Below, in pieces: positions 12,706 through 25,233 of a stretch of 64,000 nucleotides of DNA; position 1 is the stretch's first letter; each line of letters starts with the position of its first letter. The stretch lies in NCBI RefSeq assembly GCF_009914755.1, contig NC_060925.1. One strand, 5' to 3'. The translations under genes and the position numbers were made by a program. The notes under the pieces were generated by a model. The model was not told the DNA's origin, did not search any database, and worked only from the letters and a program-made list of their open reading frames with translations. This DNA comes from the human T2T-CHM13v2.0 reference genome, Homo sapiens.

Positions 12706-13780
12706 GTGTATCCTTCCCAGTGAACTGAAATATTTTACATTAATAATTTTTAAGTTATCATAGTGTGTTGGAATAATCACACCTTTGGAAAGAAAAATAT
12801 TATAGATATAAACTCTCAATGATGGAGATATAGATCTCTCTTTCTTTAGTGGATTAAAATATGCAATTTGTTATCAACATTGCACTGACAATTTTTAACA
12901 CAGGACATATTCTGCAAATGATATGATTATAGGAGTTATAGGAAAAAGCATTTTTTCATACCGTGATTATCTAGGCTATGAGGAAAGGAGATATTCCCTC
13001 TATGGTGTCTAATTTAGCATAATTATTATTTTTAAACTATATTTAGATTTAATTAAGATATACACAAACAAATTACTTTTAGTAGTAAGAAGAGTTTTTA
13101 AAATGTTTTGTGTAAGATGACTATGTAATAAAGAAAGTTACAAACTTGCTTTTTAATGTAGAAAAATAATCTCAAATAATCTCACCTTCTTACTCCACGG
13201 AAGTTGAAATGTTATGTAGAACCCAATGTACAAAGGCTCTCAGTGAGGATTTCTGTCTTAAGTTTCAGTGGATTGACGTGAGATCAATGCCTGCTCCACC
13301 TTTTTCCTCCCTGTCCTAGGTGACTGGATAACATTTATACAGCCATAAAATGTTGCTTTCAAATTCAAGTATAGAGAAAAAGCTTTAAAATGTGATATTT
13401 TATACATTTTATTTTAATATCTTACATGGAAAATGTTTTTGAAAGGTTAAAAAATTAAAAATTTTGAGAGTATTGTGAGACAATCTAATCACATGTGGAA
13501 ATTGTGTTACTATTTCCCCAAGCATTTTTTGTACATTTATTTGAAAATGAGTTGAATGTAACTCATAAGTAGTATAAAAATGTTTAATATTTAATTTTCT
13601 GCTGCAATAATGTTACGTAACAACCTTAAATTCTTCCTAACTTTAAACAATATTTTTTTTCCCAAATTTCTAGGTTATTTAAGGGCAGTTCTGCTTTATA
13701 TTGCAGTTTGCCTGGGCTTTACTCCAGGCTGTGTGTTGGAGTTAGGTCTAATCTATTGTATCCCTGCACGTCCCAGTTAG

Positions 13781-14165
<385 letters not shown>

Positions 14166-14299
14166 TAACCAATTGATTCTTCTTGTTCTGTATTCTTTCT
14201 CCAAATCTCCTTTTCTCTAGACTCACTTTCACCTTCTCTGACACATACATGTCCCTTTATGTCCCCAAGGTCTTCTATTTCCACATAATTTTAATTTTT

Positions 14300-15290
14300 C
14301 AACATATCCTGGACTTATGAGTAATTAATTTGTTAGTCTTCCTGAAAGTGCGGCTTTGTTGAATAGAATGTGTTCTTTAAACAGCAGCTTTGTTTCTTCA
14401 GTTAGGTATTAACTTCCAGATTTAAGTGAAAATGAGTTCCAAGTTTTATGTTTCATTGTGTGTCTAAGACTGACAACATTTATTACTGTGGCACTTATAG
14501 CTTGCTTTCAATGTCTCCAAATTCTCTGACTGAAAGGCTGGGTACCATATCTCATGTCTGAACACAATCCTCAGAATCATGCAGTACCAGCTATTTTTCT
14601 TCTGTATATTATGGTTTCCAAGGTGCCTGTGAAGCAGCCAGGTGAAATTGCCTTTTAATCAATATAGGAACCAGTCTCTTTCCTGCTGATGCTAATGCTT
14701 TTTGTAAAAAGGTCATGCTGTAGTGAAGTTCTTCTTTCACAACAAAACCACTAACTGAACTCATCTACATACTGAGGGGTGGAAGCTCTTTGTATGCCAA
14801 AGTCTTGTTTTGTTTGCGAAGAATCTCTTTCCCTCAACAGTGATGTGCTACATTAGGTCTCAAATCATTGTTGCCTTTTAATCCAAATTTATCACAAAGA
14901 TTTTCAGTTTATTTGCCAAATTTCCTTCTCTGACCTTGACCTTCAATCTATGGACTTGTCAAACAACAACAACAACAACAAAAAGTCTGAGGTCAAGTGG
15001 CAATATTTAGATCTCAGAATCATTTGTTGTCCTTTATCCTTTGATAAAGTTTTGCCTTTCTTTCTTTATGAGTTTTTTTTCCTCATAGTTTCCCAAACTC
15101 TTGAGAAAAAGAAAGTTCTTGCCTCTTGCAGTCTTTCTCATTAGTCGAATTATAGCATCAGTACAGCTTCTGATCATGTTGAGAATTCCACCATGAAGAA
15201 ATAAAACATTTCCGATTACATGTATTAAGTTTCTTGGAATCTTATAGGCATTAAACTTCATTCTAGGATACAACCTCATGATCTTGTCTT
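14300..15290 (-). pseudogene. Candidate endogenous Mononegavirales-like L polymerase fragment (RdRp core), heavily decayed
   Basis: Colinear motifs across frameshifts: DAIIRLMRK (15159-15133), ARTFFFSRVWE, LIKKERQNFIKG* (ends 15034), FVINLD*..NNDLRP (14898-14855), CFTG/HLG..IQKK..W (about 14640-14587), GD(I)E (14518-14507), G.....EET.........FNK...SG (14417-14340). Spacings resemble L pre-A/A/B/C/D motifs. Confidence 0.55.
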
Positions 15291-15470
15291 ATTCTCAGAA
15301 CAAGAAATATATTACTATATATGTTACAGTATATATATTACAGTATATGTACAGTTTATATACTACAGTAAACCCTGTAGGCAAGCAGGAACACTTCAGA
15401 ATTCTCCATGAATCCATCATTAGCTGTTAGTAATCACACCACTATTAGAATTATTTAAATAATCAAACAT

Positions 15471-15782
15471 TGTTATGGTCTGAAGGTGTGCCCCCAAAAG
15501 TAATATGTTGAAATTCTAACACATGAGGGCATAGTATTAGGAACTTGGGTCATGAGGGTGGAACTCTTTTTAGTGCTGTTATGAATAAGATGCTTGCCTA
15601 TTCCAACAAATGAGGACACATCCACAAGGTACCCTCTATGAACCAGGACGTTAGCCTTCACCAGACACAAAATCTGCTTGATTTTGAACTTAGTCTCCAG
15701 AACTGTGGAAAATAGATTTCTGCTTTTATAAGCCACTCAGTTTATGCTATTTGGTTATAGTGGCCCAAACAGACTAAAACAG
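15471..15782 (+). mobile_element. MaLR LTR (MLT1A/MLT1A0-like)
   Basis: tgttatggtctgaa...ccccaaaa...atgttgaaattctaa...ccttcaccagacac...agactaaaaca. Confidence 0.85.
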
Positions 15783-16029
15783 GTACATTATTTGTCTCCT
15801 TTTTGGACTGTCTTGGGTTGTTGCTTTAAACTTACTTTAGTGCCTAACACTGCTCCAGGCTCCCTGTCCTCCAGCACACACATATAAATAACGCTGCTGG
15901 GAACTGACATGTTTCACTCAGTCATCCAAATGTATTTATTATTTTGTCAAAATATATAGCGTGTGTTACAATATTTAGATGTCAAGACATATTTTGAGAT
16001 ATATGCCTTCATGCAGTACTGTGATTATT

Positions 16030-17900
16030 ATTAATATTAGTAACTTGCCTTATCATACCTGAACTCAAAGATTTTCACAATGGCACTGCCTTATTTGGAA
16101 CTGGATGTGTTAAAGTATGAAGATCTTACATCTAGTCCAAATTGATTCCTCTGATAGTCTTGCAATTAAATCAAAGCCACAGAATTATCTACTCTATGTT
16201 TATTCTTTTTGTAGCTGATATTCTGTGGTCGGATATATTACTAATATCTATTAACCTTAGAATAAAATATCATATTGAAATTGAAGAGGAATTTTGGAAC
16301 TCTGTTAAGAAAGATTGCCTTTCAGATACAATGAGATCTAAAATGGAGCCTCTGTTCCTGGAGGTATATTTTACAAAATTGGGTGTTACTATAGGAATTC
16401 TGTACAATTCTATCTTAGACACTGTGTCCCATCAATGCCAGTCCTCTGTATTTTAAATTGACTAGGATTTCTTTTTCCATCTTTGTGTTTGACAAGTATT
16501 ATTTTGCTGAAAATGTGCTATCTATGTTCCAATAGAGAATAGTTTTGTTTTTTTTTTAATTTTACCTCATTGGAAAGAAAATTTATAGTCTTTAGTGATA
16601 AATGACATGGTACAAACGAAAACACTGACATTATAATTGAGATATACTAATTAATTAGGAGAAAATTAAAAGACATTGTTTAAATATTTCTATCACAAAT
16701 CGACAGCAGTACAATACACACCATCGGCAGGTATAATAGCAGATATGAGAGGTAAAAAGATAAATTAGGTACAGCATTTTCTCCAGAAAACTTATCATTT
16801 AGTGGAAACTGGCCAATAATTTCTTATGCCTAAGGATGATTTTACATTTGATTCTCTTGTTAATCCAAAATATAGAAAAATATCAATCCAAAGTATATAT
16901 TTCTAAAATACCCACATATTCTGATGCAATATTTTTTGCTGTTTCCTTGAAGTGAATTAAATTCCTTATCACTGACAATAAAATTTGACTCCATAGATTC
17001 TTATTCAAAATAGTTAAAAGTGAACATGAAGATTAGTTTTGTTTTTTCTTTTCTTACCCTTTTTTTACCCTTATATTGCCTGTGTCATTCATATACTTTT
17101 AGAATCCAAAACAGTAATGAAAACATAATCATTTGCTTTTCAAAAGCTTATTACATCTTTCCAAAGTTAATACAGAGTCTTACAAAAGTTTTAGTTAATT
17201 CACAAAAAAATTGAACATATATAATTGAAGCAAATTTTTTTGGTAGACTTCTTCAAACCGCAGAAATTTTAGTTATGGCATGGTAGGTCTTTTGAAATGT
17301 TTCATTTTTTATGTTTGAAGATGCAGAGCAAAAGTATTTTCACTCCAACTCCCTCTTTAATAAAAACAGAAAGTGACAAAAAGAGCAAAATCTGTAGGAA
17401 AATAACCCCTTCATCTATGTTAAAACTATGAGATTTCCAGCTCAAATAAATTATAAGAACCAGCATAGAAATACTAATACAGTGAAATCTGGACTGGTAT
17501 ATAAAGAAAATAACCAACAAATTTTGTCCATGGCACAAACTTCTTAGAAATTTTGAGGTCTTTAGCCTTAAAGACCCAATCAAATATTTATTACTTTGAA
17601 CAGTGAGCTACTGGGATATGCTGGGCCTTAAAGCTATATACAAATCTAATTTTAGAAGTCAAGAAGCATTGTAAGCAATAGCAAAGGATATGTTTGATGA
17701 TCAGCTTGGCAATTGTTGAACAAACTTCATTCAGCAGCGTGAGGAAGTAATTAAAGCAGTTGGTCTGCAATCTATTCACTGTCTTTATTAGCAAATGACC
17801 CAGGAGTAAGACTAGAAGGAAGATGAACTGGTTTAGTCTTTTTGTCATCTGAACTTCTGGTGAAAGGGACTACTGATATTTTCTAGGATGAAGAGACCTT
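16030..17900 (+). pseudogene. Candidate continuation of the viral L gene (post-RdRp region, block IV and PRNTase), interrupted
   Basis: SLAIKSKPQNYL (16156), MEPLF(L)E...T.G....SILD (16343-16420), TAEILVMAW/GRS...AEQ (17257-17331), ATGICWAL (17607-17630), IH(C)L (17774-17785), WFSL/SSELL (17829-17860), in the order expected for L. About 16500-17100 looks like unrelated inserted sequence. Confidence 0.45.
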
Positions 17901-17949
17901 ATCTCTGAAATAACCTTTGCAGGTTTTTCCTGGCTGAAACAAATTCACA

Positions 17950-18164
17950 GATTCTTTCTTCTTGATCAATTTTGCTGTCAATTCTTCATTTTACATTCTT
18001 TATTTCATTTATTTTATTCTTTAGCTCCAGAATTTTAGTTTGGGTTCTATTTTTTCCATCTCTCTATTGAACTTCTCATTTTGTTTGTGTTTTGTTTTTT
18101 CAAGTTTTAAGTTGCCTATTTATTCTCTTGTACCTCATTACCCTCCTTTAAAACAATTATTTGA
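17950..18164 (-). mobile_element. L1M ORF1 fragment, inverted relative to the adjacent L1
   Basis: Reverse complement ...caaaatgagaagttcaatagagagatgg...aaattctggagctaaagaata...gaaagaatctgtgaa is L1 ORF1 coiled-coil sequence. Confidence 0.75.
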
Positions 18165-20847
18165 CATGGAAAACTGTGAAAACATGTCATCACCATATGG
18201 ACACATTAATTTTCCAATAACTGACCCCCAAAATACAGAAGTCTATAAATTGCATGACAAAGAATTCAAAATAATTGTTTTAAAGAATTTCTGAATTTGA
18301 AGTAAAAGGTTGCTAAAGAGCAACATGAAAGCACAGAAAAGTATGAAACTCATTGATTAAGGTAAATATATAAAAAATACAGGACACTAATAGTGTAATA
18401 GTGGTGTGTAGCTCTTTTTTATGGCTAGTATGAAGGTTAAAATACAAAAGTAATAATAATTATAGTTACAATAATTTGTTAGTAGATACACAATATTAAA
18501 AATATATAAAAATGTGACATCAAATATATAACATATGGTGGGCTGAGTAAAAGTATAGAGTTTTGAATATGATCAAAGTTATCAGTTTAAAATAGTTTGC
18601 TCCAACTACAAGATATTATATATAAGCTTCATGCTAATCAAAAAGGAAAAACCTATAGTAGATACCCAAAAGATAAAGAGAAATCAAAATATGTCACTAC
18701 AGAAAATCATAAAATCTCAAAGAAAGACAGCAAGGGAGAAATAAAGGAAAAAGTAATATGTTAAAAACCTAAAAAACAATGAACAAAATGGCAATTGTAT
18801 GTTCTTCCTTTCAATAATTACCTTGAAGATAAATTCATTATATTCTACAGTCAAAAGCCAGAATGGCTGAATGGATTACAAAAGAAGACCCAACAATACG
18901 CTGCCTACAAGAGACTAACTTCAGCTTCAAGGACACATATGGTATGAATGTAGGGGATGAGAAAATTTGATATTCCATGCAGATTAAAACCAAAAAAAAG
19001 CATGGATAGCTATTCTTATATCAGGCAAAATATACTTTAAGATAAAACCATAACAAGAGATAAAGATCGTCACTATATAATGATAAAGGGGTGAGTTGAT
19101 TAGAAGGATGAAACAATTAAAAATAAATATGCACTTAACATTGCAGCACCTGAAAATATAAAGCAAACATTAATATCTGGAGGGAGGGAGACACAGCAAT
19201 CAGTAATATTAGGGATATAGGTAACCCTATTGATATAGTTGCAATTATCAATAGTCCAGTTACAACAATGGATAGGTCATTCAGGCAGATAATCTGTAAA
19301 GAAAAAACATTGACTTGATCTACACTTTAGACCAAATGGACCTAACAGTTGTATGTGCACATTTCATCCACAGCCAGAGAACAGGTGTTCTTCTCAAGCT
19401 AGCAAGAAACATCCTCCAAAATAGAGCATACTTTAAAGTCACAAAATGTCTTAATACATTTAAGAAGATTGAAATTGTATCAAGTATCTTTTTTGATGAC
19501 AATGGTATACAATTAGAAATCAATAACTGGAAGAAATCTGGAAAATTCAAAAATAAGTGAACATAACACAATTCTTAACAAGCAGAGGTTTAAAGGGGAA
19601 ATAAAAAGGAAAATAAAAAAAATCTTGATGCAAAAATGGAAACACAATACACCAAAACTTGTGGGATGCATCAAGACAGTTCAAAGAACAAAATATATGA
19701 CAAACACCTAAATTAAACAAATAAAGATCTCAAATAAACAATCTGTCATTAAACCTCAAGTAACTATTAAAAAAGAAGAGCAAACTAAGCTCAAAGTTAA
19801 TAGAAGAAAGAAAATAAGAAAGATCAAAGCAAAATAAAGAAATATAGAGTAGAAAAATAATAGAAATTGAAAGATATTCTGTGTTCATCAATGGGAGAAA
19901 TCAATATTGTCAAAATGCTATTACACAAAGCAATCTACAGATTCAATGTAATCCCTATCAAAAGCCCAACAGCATTTTTCACAGAAACAGAAATAAATTC
20001 TAAAATTTGTGTGAAATTACAAAAGACCTTAATTACCTAAAGTTAACTTGAGCAAGAAAAACAAAGCAGGAGGTACCACACTTCTTACATGCCCAAAACA
20101 CCTAATGGAGACAGGATAGTCTCTTCAATAAATAGCATTGGAAAAACTGGAGGTGCACATGCAAAATAATGAAATTGAACTGTTATGCTATGCACAGGAA
20201 TAAACTGAAAATTGATAAGGAATTTAAACATAGCATCTGAAACCAAAGAATCCCTAGAAGAAAACAGGGGAAATCCTACATGACATTGACCTTGGCGTGA
20301 TATGATTGGATATGATTGCCAACATATAGGCAATACAAACAAAAATAAACACATGGGACTACATCAAACTAAAAGGTTGCTGCGCAGTAAAAATAAATAA
20401 ATAAAAATAAAAAGGTTACCATGGAATGGTAGAAAATACTTGCAAACGATGTATCTGATAATGGGTTAATATCTAAAATATATAAGAAACTCATAATCAG
20501 AAAACAAATAACCTGATTAAAACATGAGCAAGAGACCTGAATAGACATTTTTTCTTAGGAAGACTTACACATGGCCAACACATGTATAAAGAGATGCACA
20601 ACATGAGGGAAATATAAACTGAAACCATAATGAGATGTCACATTACATCTTTTAAAATGGCCAATATCAAAGAGCCAACAGATAAATAGTGTTGATTAGA
20701 GTGTATCAAAAAGAGAACCCTTATAGAGTTTTTGTGGGAATTTAAATTGGTACAACCATTACGGAATACAGCATGGATGTTCCTTAAATAATTAAAGACT
20801 TACCATATAATACAGCAATTATACTTTTAGGTATAAAAGGGTATACC

Positions 20848-21141
20848 TGCGGGTGCGGTGGCTCACGCCTGTAGTCCCAACACTTTGAGAGGCTGAGGCA
20901 GGCAGATTACCTGAGGTCAGGAGTTGAAGACCAGAGATGCCAACACGGCGAAACCCCATCTCTACTAAAAAATACAAAAATTAGCTGGGTGTGGTGGGGG
21001 GCACTTGTAATCCCAGCTACTTGGGAGGCTGTGGCAGGGAGAACTGCTTGAACCCGTGAGGTGGAGGTTGCAGCAAGCCAAGATCACGCCACTGCACTGA
21101 GCATCAGAGAGAGACTCTGTCTAAAAAAAAAAAAAAAAAAA
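20848..21141 (+). mobile_element. AluS inserted in L1
   Basis: Dimeric Alu with A tail; degenerate target duplication ending gtatacct / tatacct. Confidence 0.92.
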
Positions 21142-21304
21142 TAGTATATACCTTTTATATACTTTTCCTTTTATATACAAAGGAAATAAAATCACTATCT
21201 TGAAGAGATACATGCATTCCTATGTTCATTGCAGCATTATCCACAAGAACCAAAATATGGAAACAACCTAAGTGTTGATAGATAAGTAGGTATGTAAATT
21301 GTTA

Positions 21305-21353
21305 TATCTCTCATCTACCTATCTATCTATCTCTCTATCTATCTATCTACCTA
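21305..21353. repeat. (TATC)n tetranucleotide repeat
   Basis: atctacctatctatctatctctctatctatctatctacctac. Confidence 0.85.
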
Positions 21354-21687
21354 CGTACAATGGAATATTATTCAGTTTTAAAAAGAATGAAATCCTGCCA
21401 TTTGCAACAAAATGAATGAGCCTAGACTACGTTATGCTAAGTGAAATAAGCCAGGCAGAGAAAGAAAAATACTACAGGTACAACCATGCAAACTTGCTGT
21501 TATAAGATGAATAAGTTCTGGAGATCTAATGTACAACATGGTAACTACAGTCAATAGTAATGTATTGTATACTTTAAGCTCACTGAGTGTAGATCTTAAG
21601 TATTCTCCTTCCCCAACACATCGTAACTATGTGAAGAGATGAATACGTTAATTAGCTTGATTGTGAAAATCAATTTAAAATATTCTT

Positions 21688-21865
21688 GATGGGGGCAGGA
21701 TGAGAGGAGAGTGAGGGTCAAAACACTACCTGCTGCGGACTATGCTCACTAGCTGGGTGATGAAGTCATTTGTACACCAAACCCCAGCAACATGCAATTA
21801 CCCACGTAACAAACCTGCACATGTACCTCCTGAACCTAAAATAGAAGTTGAGAAAAGAAAAAAAA
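21688..21865 (+). mobile_element. L1PA15/16-type 3' end
   Basis: tgtacaccaaaccccagcaacatgcaattacccacgtaacaaacctgcacatgtacc...ctaaaatagaagttg plus A tail. Confidence 0.8.
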
Positions 21866-21979
21866 GATATCAGATTCCTATAGGGAGCTCCAGATTTATT
21901 TCAAACAGTAGAGAGACAAACAGACCAAGGATGAAATACGTAAAAGAGTAGGCACAACTTAAACAATGTGTGTAAGGCA

Positions 21980-22480
21980 ATCAATCAATTCTATATACTT
22001 CAGCAAATCCTAGAGTTATCAAATAAAATTACTGACGTGTCATAAATTCTAAACGAAAAACAACACAAATGCCCATCCACAGTAGAATGAATAAATAAAT
22101 TACTTCTGCTTCCCGCAGTGGAATACCACACAGCATTTAAAAACAAAGGACTGCTGCTACACACAACATAGATGATTCTCACAAATTTCAACTAAGTGAA
22201 AGAAGTCAGACTCAAAAGAATACATTCAGCAAGTTTCCATTTATATGAAATTGAGGAGCAGGCAAATCCATCGTGATAGACTTCACGATAATGATGACCT
22301 TTGGTGCGTAACTTGTTGAGAAAGGGCAAGAGACAGGGGTGTGGGAGCTGGAAGTAGTCCATATTTTGCTTGATTTAGGTGCTGATGATAGGGATATATA
22401 GACATAAAAATTATAATGCTATATGCTTAAGATTTATGTATTTTACTATATATGTTAGATATATATTAGTTGAAAAAATG
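21980..22480 (+). mobile_element. L1ME-type 3' fragment
   Basis: caaatgcccatccacagtagaatgaataaataaatt...gaaagaagtcagactcaaaagaatacat. Confidence 0.7.
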
Positions 22481-23349
22481 CTGCAGTATAAAGGAAATCA
22501 GTAAAAACATGCTAATTACAATTGTAGCTTTTGTTTGTCAAACAAGCATTTGAGTAGTCTGTTGATTGGTAGTTAGCAAGTTTATATGAAGCAGCATTGC
22601 CCTGAATACTTTTTAGTATGTACCAGTAAGCATTTGCCTTTCTCAACTAGGGTTAATTAAAAAAAAATAGAAACCTCACATTGTACACAGTAAATATATA
22701 TGTTTTATTTGTTAATTATACCACCATAAAACTAAAAATCTAATTTAAATGAGTTTGAATAAATTTTAGGGAAAATAAGATAAAGAAAATTATGAGCTTA
22801 AGAATATACATAGATAAAAAAATAAAATGTTGATAGAAATATTATTGTTATATTTCAGATAAACATATAAAAAGCTTTGCTAAAAGTTTCCAGAGAGAGA
22901 GAATAAATAGTTCTCCTCTGTTGGATTAAAATGAGATTAGCATTGGAGTACTAGTTTAAAACAATAGATAGAGTTTGGAGTCAGATCTCAAAAATACAAT
23001 ATATTTGCTAAGTAATGTGAGACAAGCTATTTAAATTTCTTATCTGTAAGTTTGTTGAAAAAAATAAATAGGCTAATAGAGAACTTGATTTACAGGGAGT
23101 GCTAAATTATTACCTGTTAATAGAAAACATAATAGCAGTGACATTAAAAGCTTGAGTACTGTAGAACAAGATTTTAAAAATCATTTTTTGAAGTTATACA
23201 CATATTTATATTACTTTAATAATTTGCACAATATAGGAAGAAAAGCTTGCTTTGCACAGGTAACATTTTGCCAAATAATCTCTAAGTCATCATGAATTCT
23301 CAATTAGTCAGATTAACAATAATAAAATTTTATTATAGAAGAGGAACTT

Positions 23350-24310
23350 TTTTTCATTAATATATTTTTACATGCGCATGGGGTACATGTAATATTTTGT
23401 TACCTGCCTAGACTTTGTAATCATCAAGTCAATGTATCTTGGGTGTCCATAACCTCAAGTATTATTTCCATATGTTAAGAACATTTCAAGTCCTTTAGCT
23501 ATTTTGGAATATACAATACATTGCTGTTTATATGTAGTCACCTTACTCTGCTATTAAACGTTAGAACTTATTTCTTCCAACTAACTGTAGGTTTGGACCT
23601 ATTAACAAACCTTTTTTTATTTCTGCCACCTCAGAAACTCTTTCCAGCCCCTGGTACCTATCTATTATTCTATTTTCTACCTGCATGTGATCAATATTTT
23701 TAGCTTTCACATAAGAGTAAGAACATGTGATACTTGTCTTTCTGTGCCTGGCTTATTTCACCTAACAGAATGAGTTCCAGTTCCATCCATCTTGCTGTAA
23801 ATGGTATGATTTCATTCTTTTTTTGTGGACAAAAAGTATTATGCTGTGTATATATACAACGTTGCTTTTATTCATTCATCCATTGATGGACATAGGTTGA
23901 TTTCATATCTTTGCTATTGTGAATAGTGCAATAAATATGAGAGTGTGGTTATCTCTTTGATATACTCATTTCTTTTCCCTTGGATAATAGCTAGTAATGA
24001 GATTACTGGATCAGATGATAGTTCTACTTTTATTTTTTTATTTGTGAGATATCTCCACACTGTTTTCCATAGTAGCTGTATGTCCCCGCCAACAGTGGAG
24101 AAGAGTTCCCTTTTTTTCCACACACTCTCATCAGCATCTGTTATTTTTTTGTCTTTTTAAGAATAGCCATATGTCCATGGGTAAGATAGTATCTCATTGT
24201 GATTTTGATTTGCATTTTGCTGATGATCTTGATGTTGGGCATTTTTTTCATATACCTACTGATCATTTTCATGTCCTCTTTTGAAAAAAAATGTCTATTC
24301 GTGTTCTTTT
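23350..24310 (-). mobile_element. L1MA (about L1MA4) 3' portion
   Basis: Reverse L1 3' UTR/ORF2 end (ggggtacatgtaatattttg...tatctcattgtgattttgatttgc). Confidence 0.88.
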
Positions 24311-24780
24311 TCCAGGGAAATGATTTCCAACTTAGAATTGTGTAGCCAGACAAACTGTAAGTCATGATTTCTGGGGTAAAATAGATAAGAATCATATGCA
24401 AAAACCTAAAACAATGAAACTTTCATGTACCTTTTCTCCCCCAAATGAGTATTTAACTCAGAAAGAGAAAAATAAGTTTCCTGAGATAGTAGAACTCCAA
24501 TATAGAAGAGAGGCTAAGGGAATTATCAATACAATGACAATAGGGTTCCAGCAGCTAGAGGCAGACAAATAAATATTAGATCAAGGCTATAGCAGACTTT
24601 GAGGAAAAGGTGTTTTTTAAAAAATGTAAAATAAAGTTGATATATTTTCTGACAGGTTTGACCATATGAATAATTGAAAGGCATTTTAAAAAGCTGTTGG
24701 AAGTTTGGAAAGACTTAGGCAGATTTGAAGATGCTAAGCAAATAAAATATAACTTTATAAAAAGCAAAAAATATTGTCTA
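24311..24780 (+). mobile_element. HAL1-like fragment (a related piece at about 22790-22960)
   Basis: ggaaatgatttccaacttagaattgtgtagccagacaaact resembles HAL1/L1 ORF1-like sequence. Confidence 0.5.
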
Positions 24781-24799
24781 AGAAAGGCAATGAAATATA

Positions 24800-24998
24800 A
24801 TCATGCATCATCACATAAGTACATTTTGGTCAATGATGGACTGCAATAGAATGATAGCTATACCATATAGCCTAGGTTTATAGTAGGCAACACAATCTAG
24901 GTTTGTGTAAGTGCACTCTATGATGTTCATGCAATGATTAAATCACCTAAGTTGCATTTCTCAAAACATAAACCAGTTGTTAAGCAATACATGGCTGT
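24800..24998 (+). mobile_element. Tigger3a/MER7-type DNA transposon (MITE)
   Basis: taccatatagcctaggtttatagtaggc...ctaggtttgtgtaagtgcactctatgatgttc...gttaagcaatacatggctgta. Confidence 0.8.
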
Positions 24999-25182
24999 AT
25001 TGGCATAATATTTAGCTCTGAATAAAAATTGTTTATAGAGCCATAACACTGAAGACAGTAAATTTGAATTTGAACTAATAAAACCATTAGGGAGAATAAG
25101 AAACAGAGAATATTATGAGGGATATATTGGAGTGCTAAATTATAATCTTCTAAATTTGGAAATTGATTCATAATACCCACAA

Positions 25183-25203
25183 CAGAGAGCGGGGGAGAGA
25201 GAA

Positions 25204-25233
<30 letters not shown>
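25183..25233. repeat. (GA)n microsatellite
   Basis: Direct reading of interrupted GA repeats. Confidence 0.85.

Larger units (their letters stand above)
18165..21680 (+). mobile_element. Old L1 (about L1MA8-10), internally deleted, from ORF1 start to 3' UTR
   Basis: ORF1 start, endonuclease region (tgcctacaagagac), ORF2 fragments and 3' UTR gatgaataagttctggagatctaatgtacaacatgg. Confidence 0.88.

Noticed and set aside
14560-14640. LLHRHLG...W read as a gypsy integrase HHCC zinc finger
   Set aside because: No correctly spaced CxxC or DDE core follows; the polymerase motif B reading fits the neighbouring motifs better.
14700-14830. Alternative L-like reading VEGKRFFA...HYSMTF on the minus strand
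   Set aside because: It falls after the FVINLD motif, the wrong order for pre-motif A, so it was treated as chance. It also shows that short motif look-alikes arise easily here, which is why the viral call needs statistical testing.
17520-17600. FVHGTNFLEILRS resembling an ADP-ribosyltransferase HGT motif
   Set aside because: Isolated short match bounded by stops, with no supporting downstream motifs.
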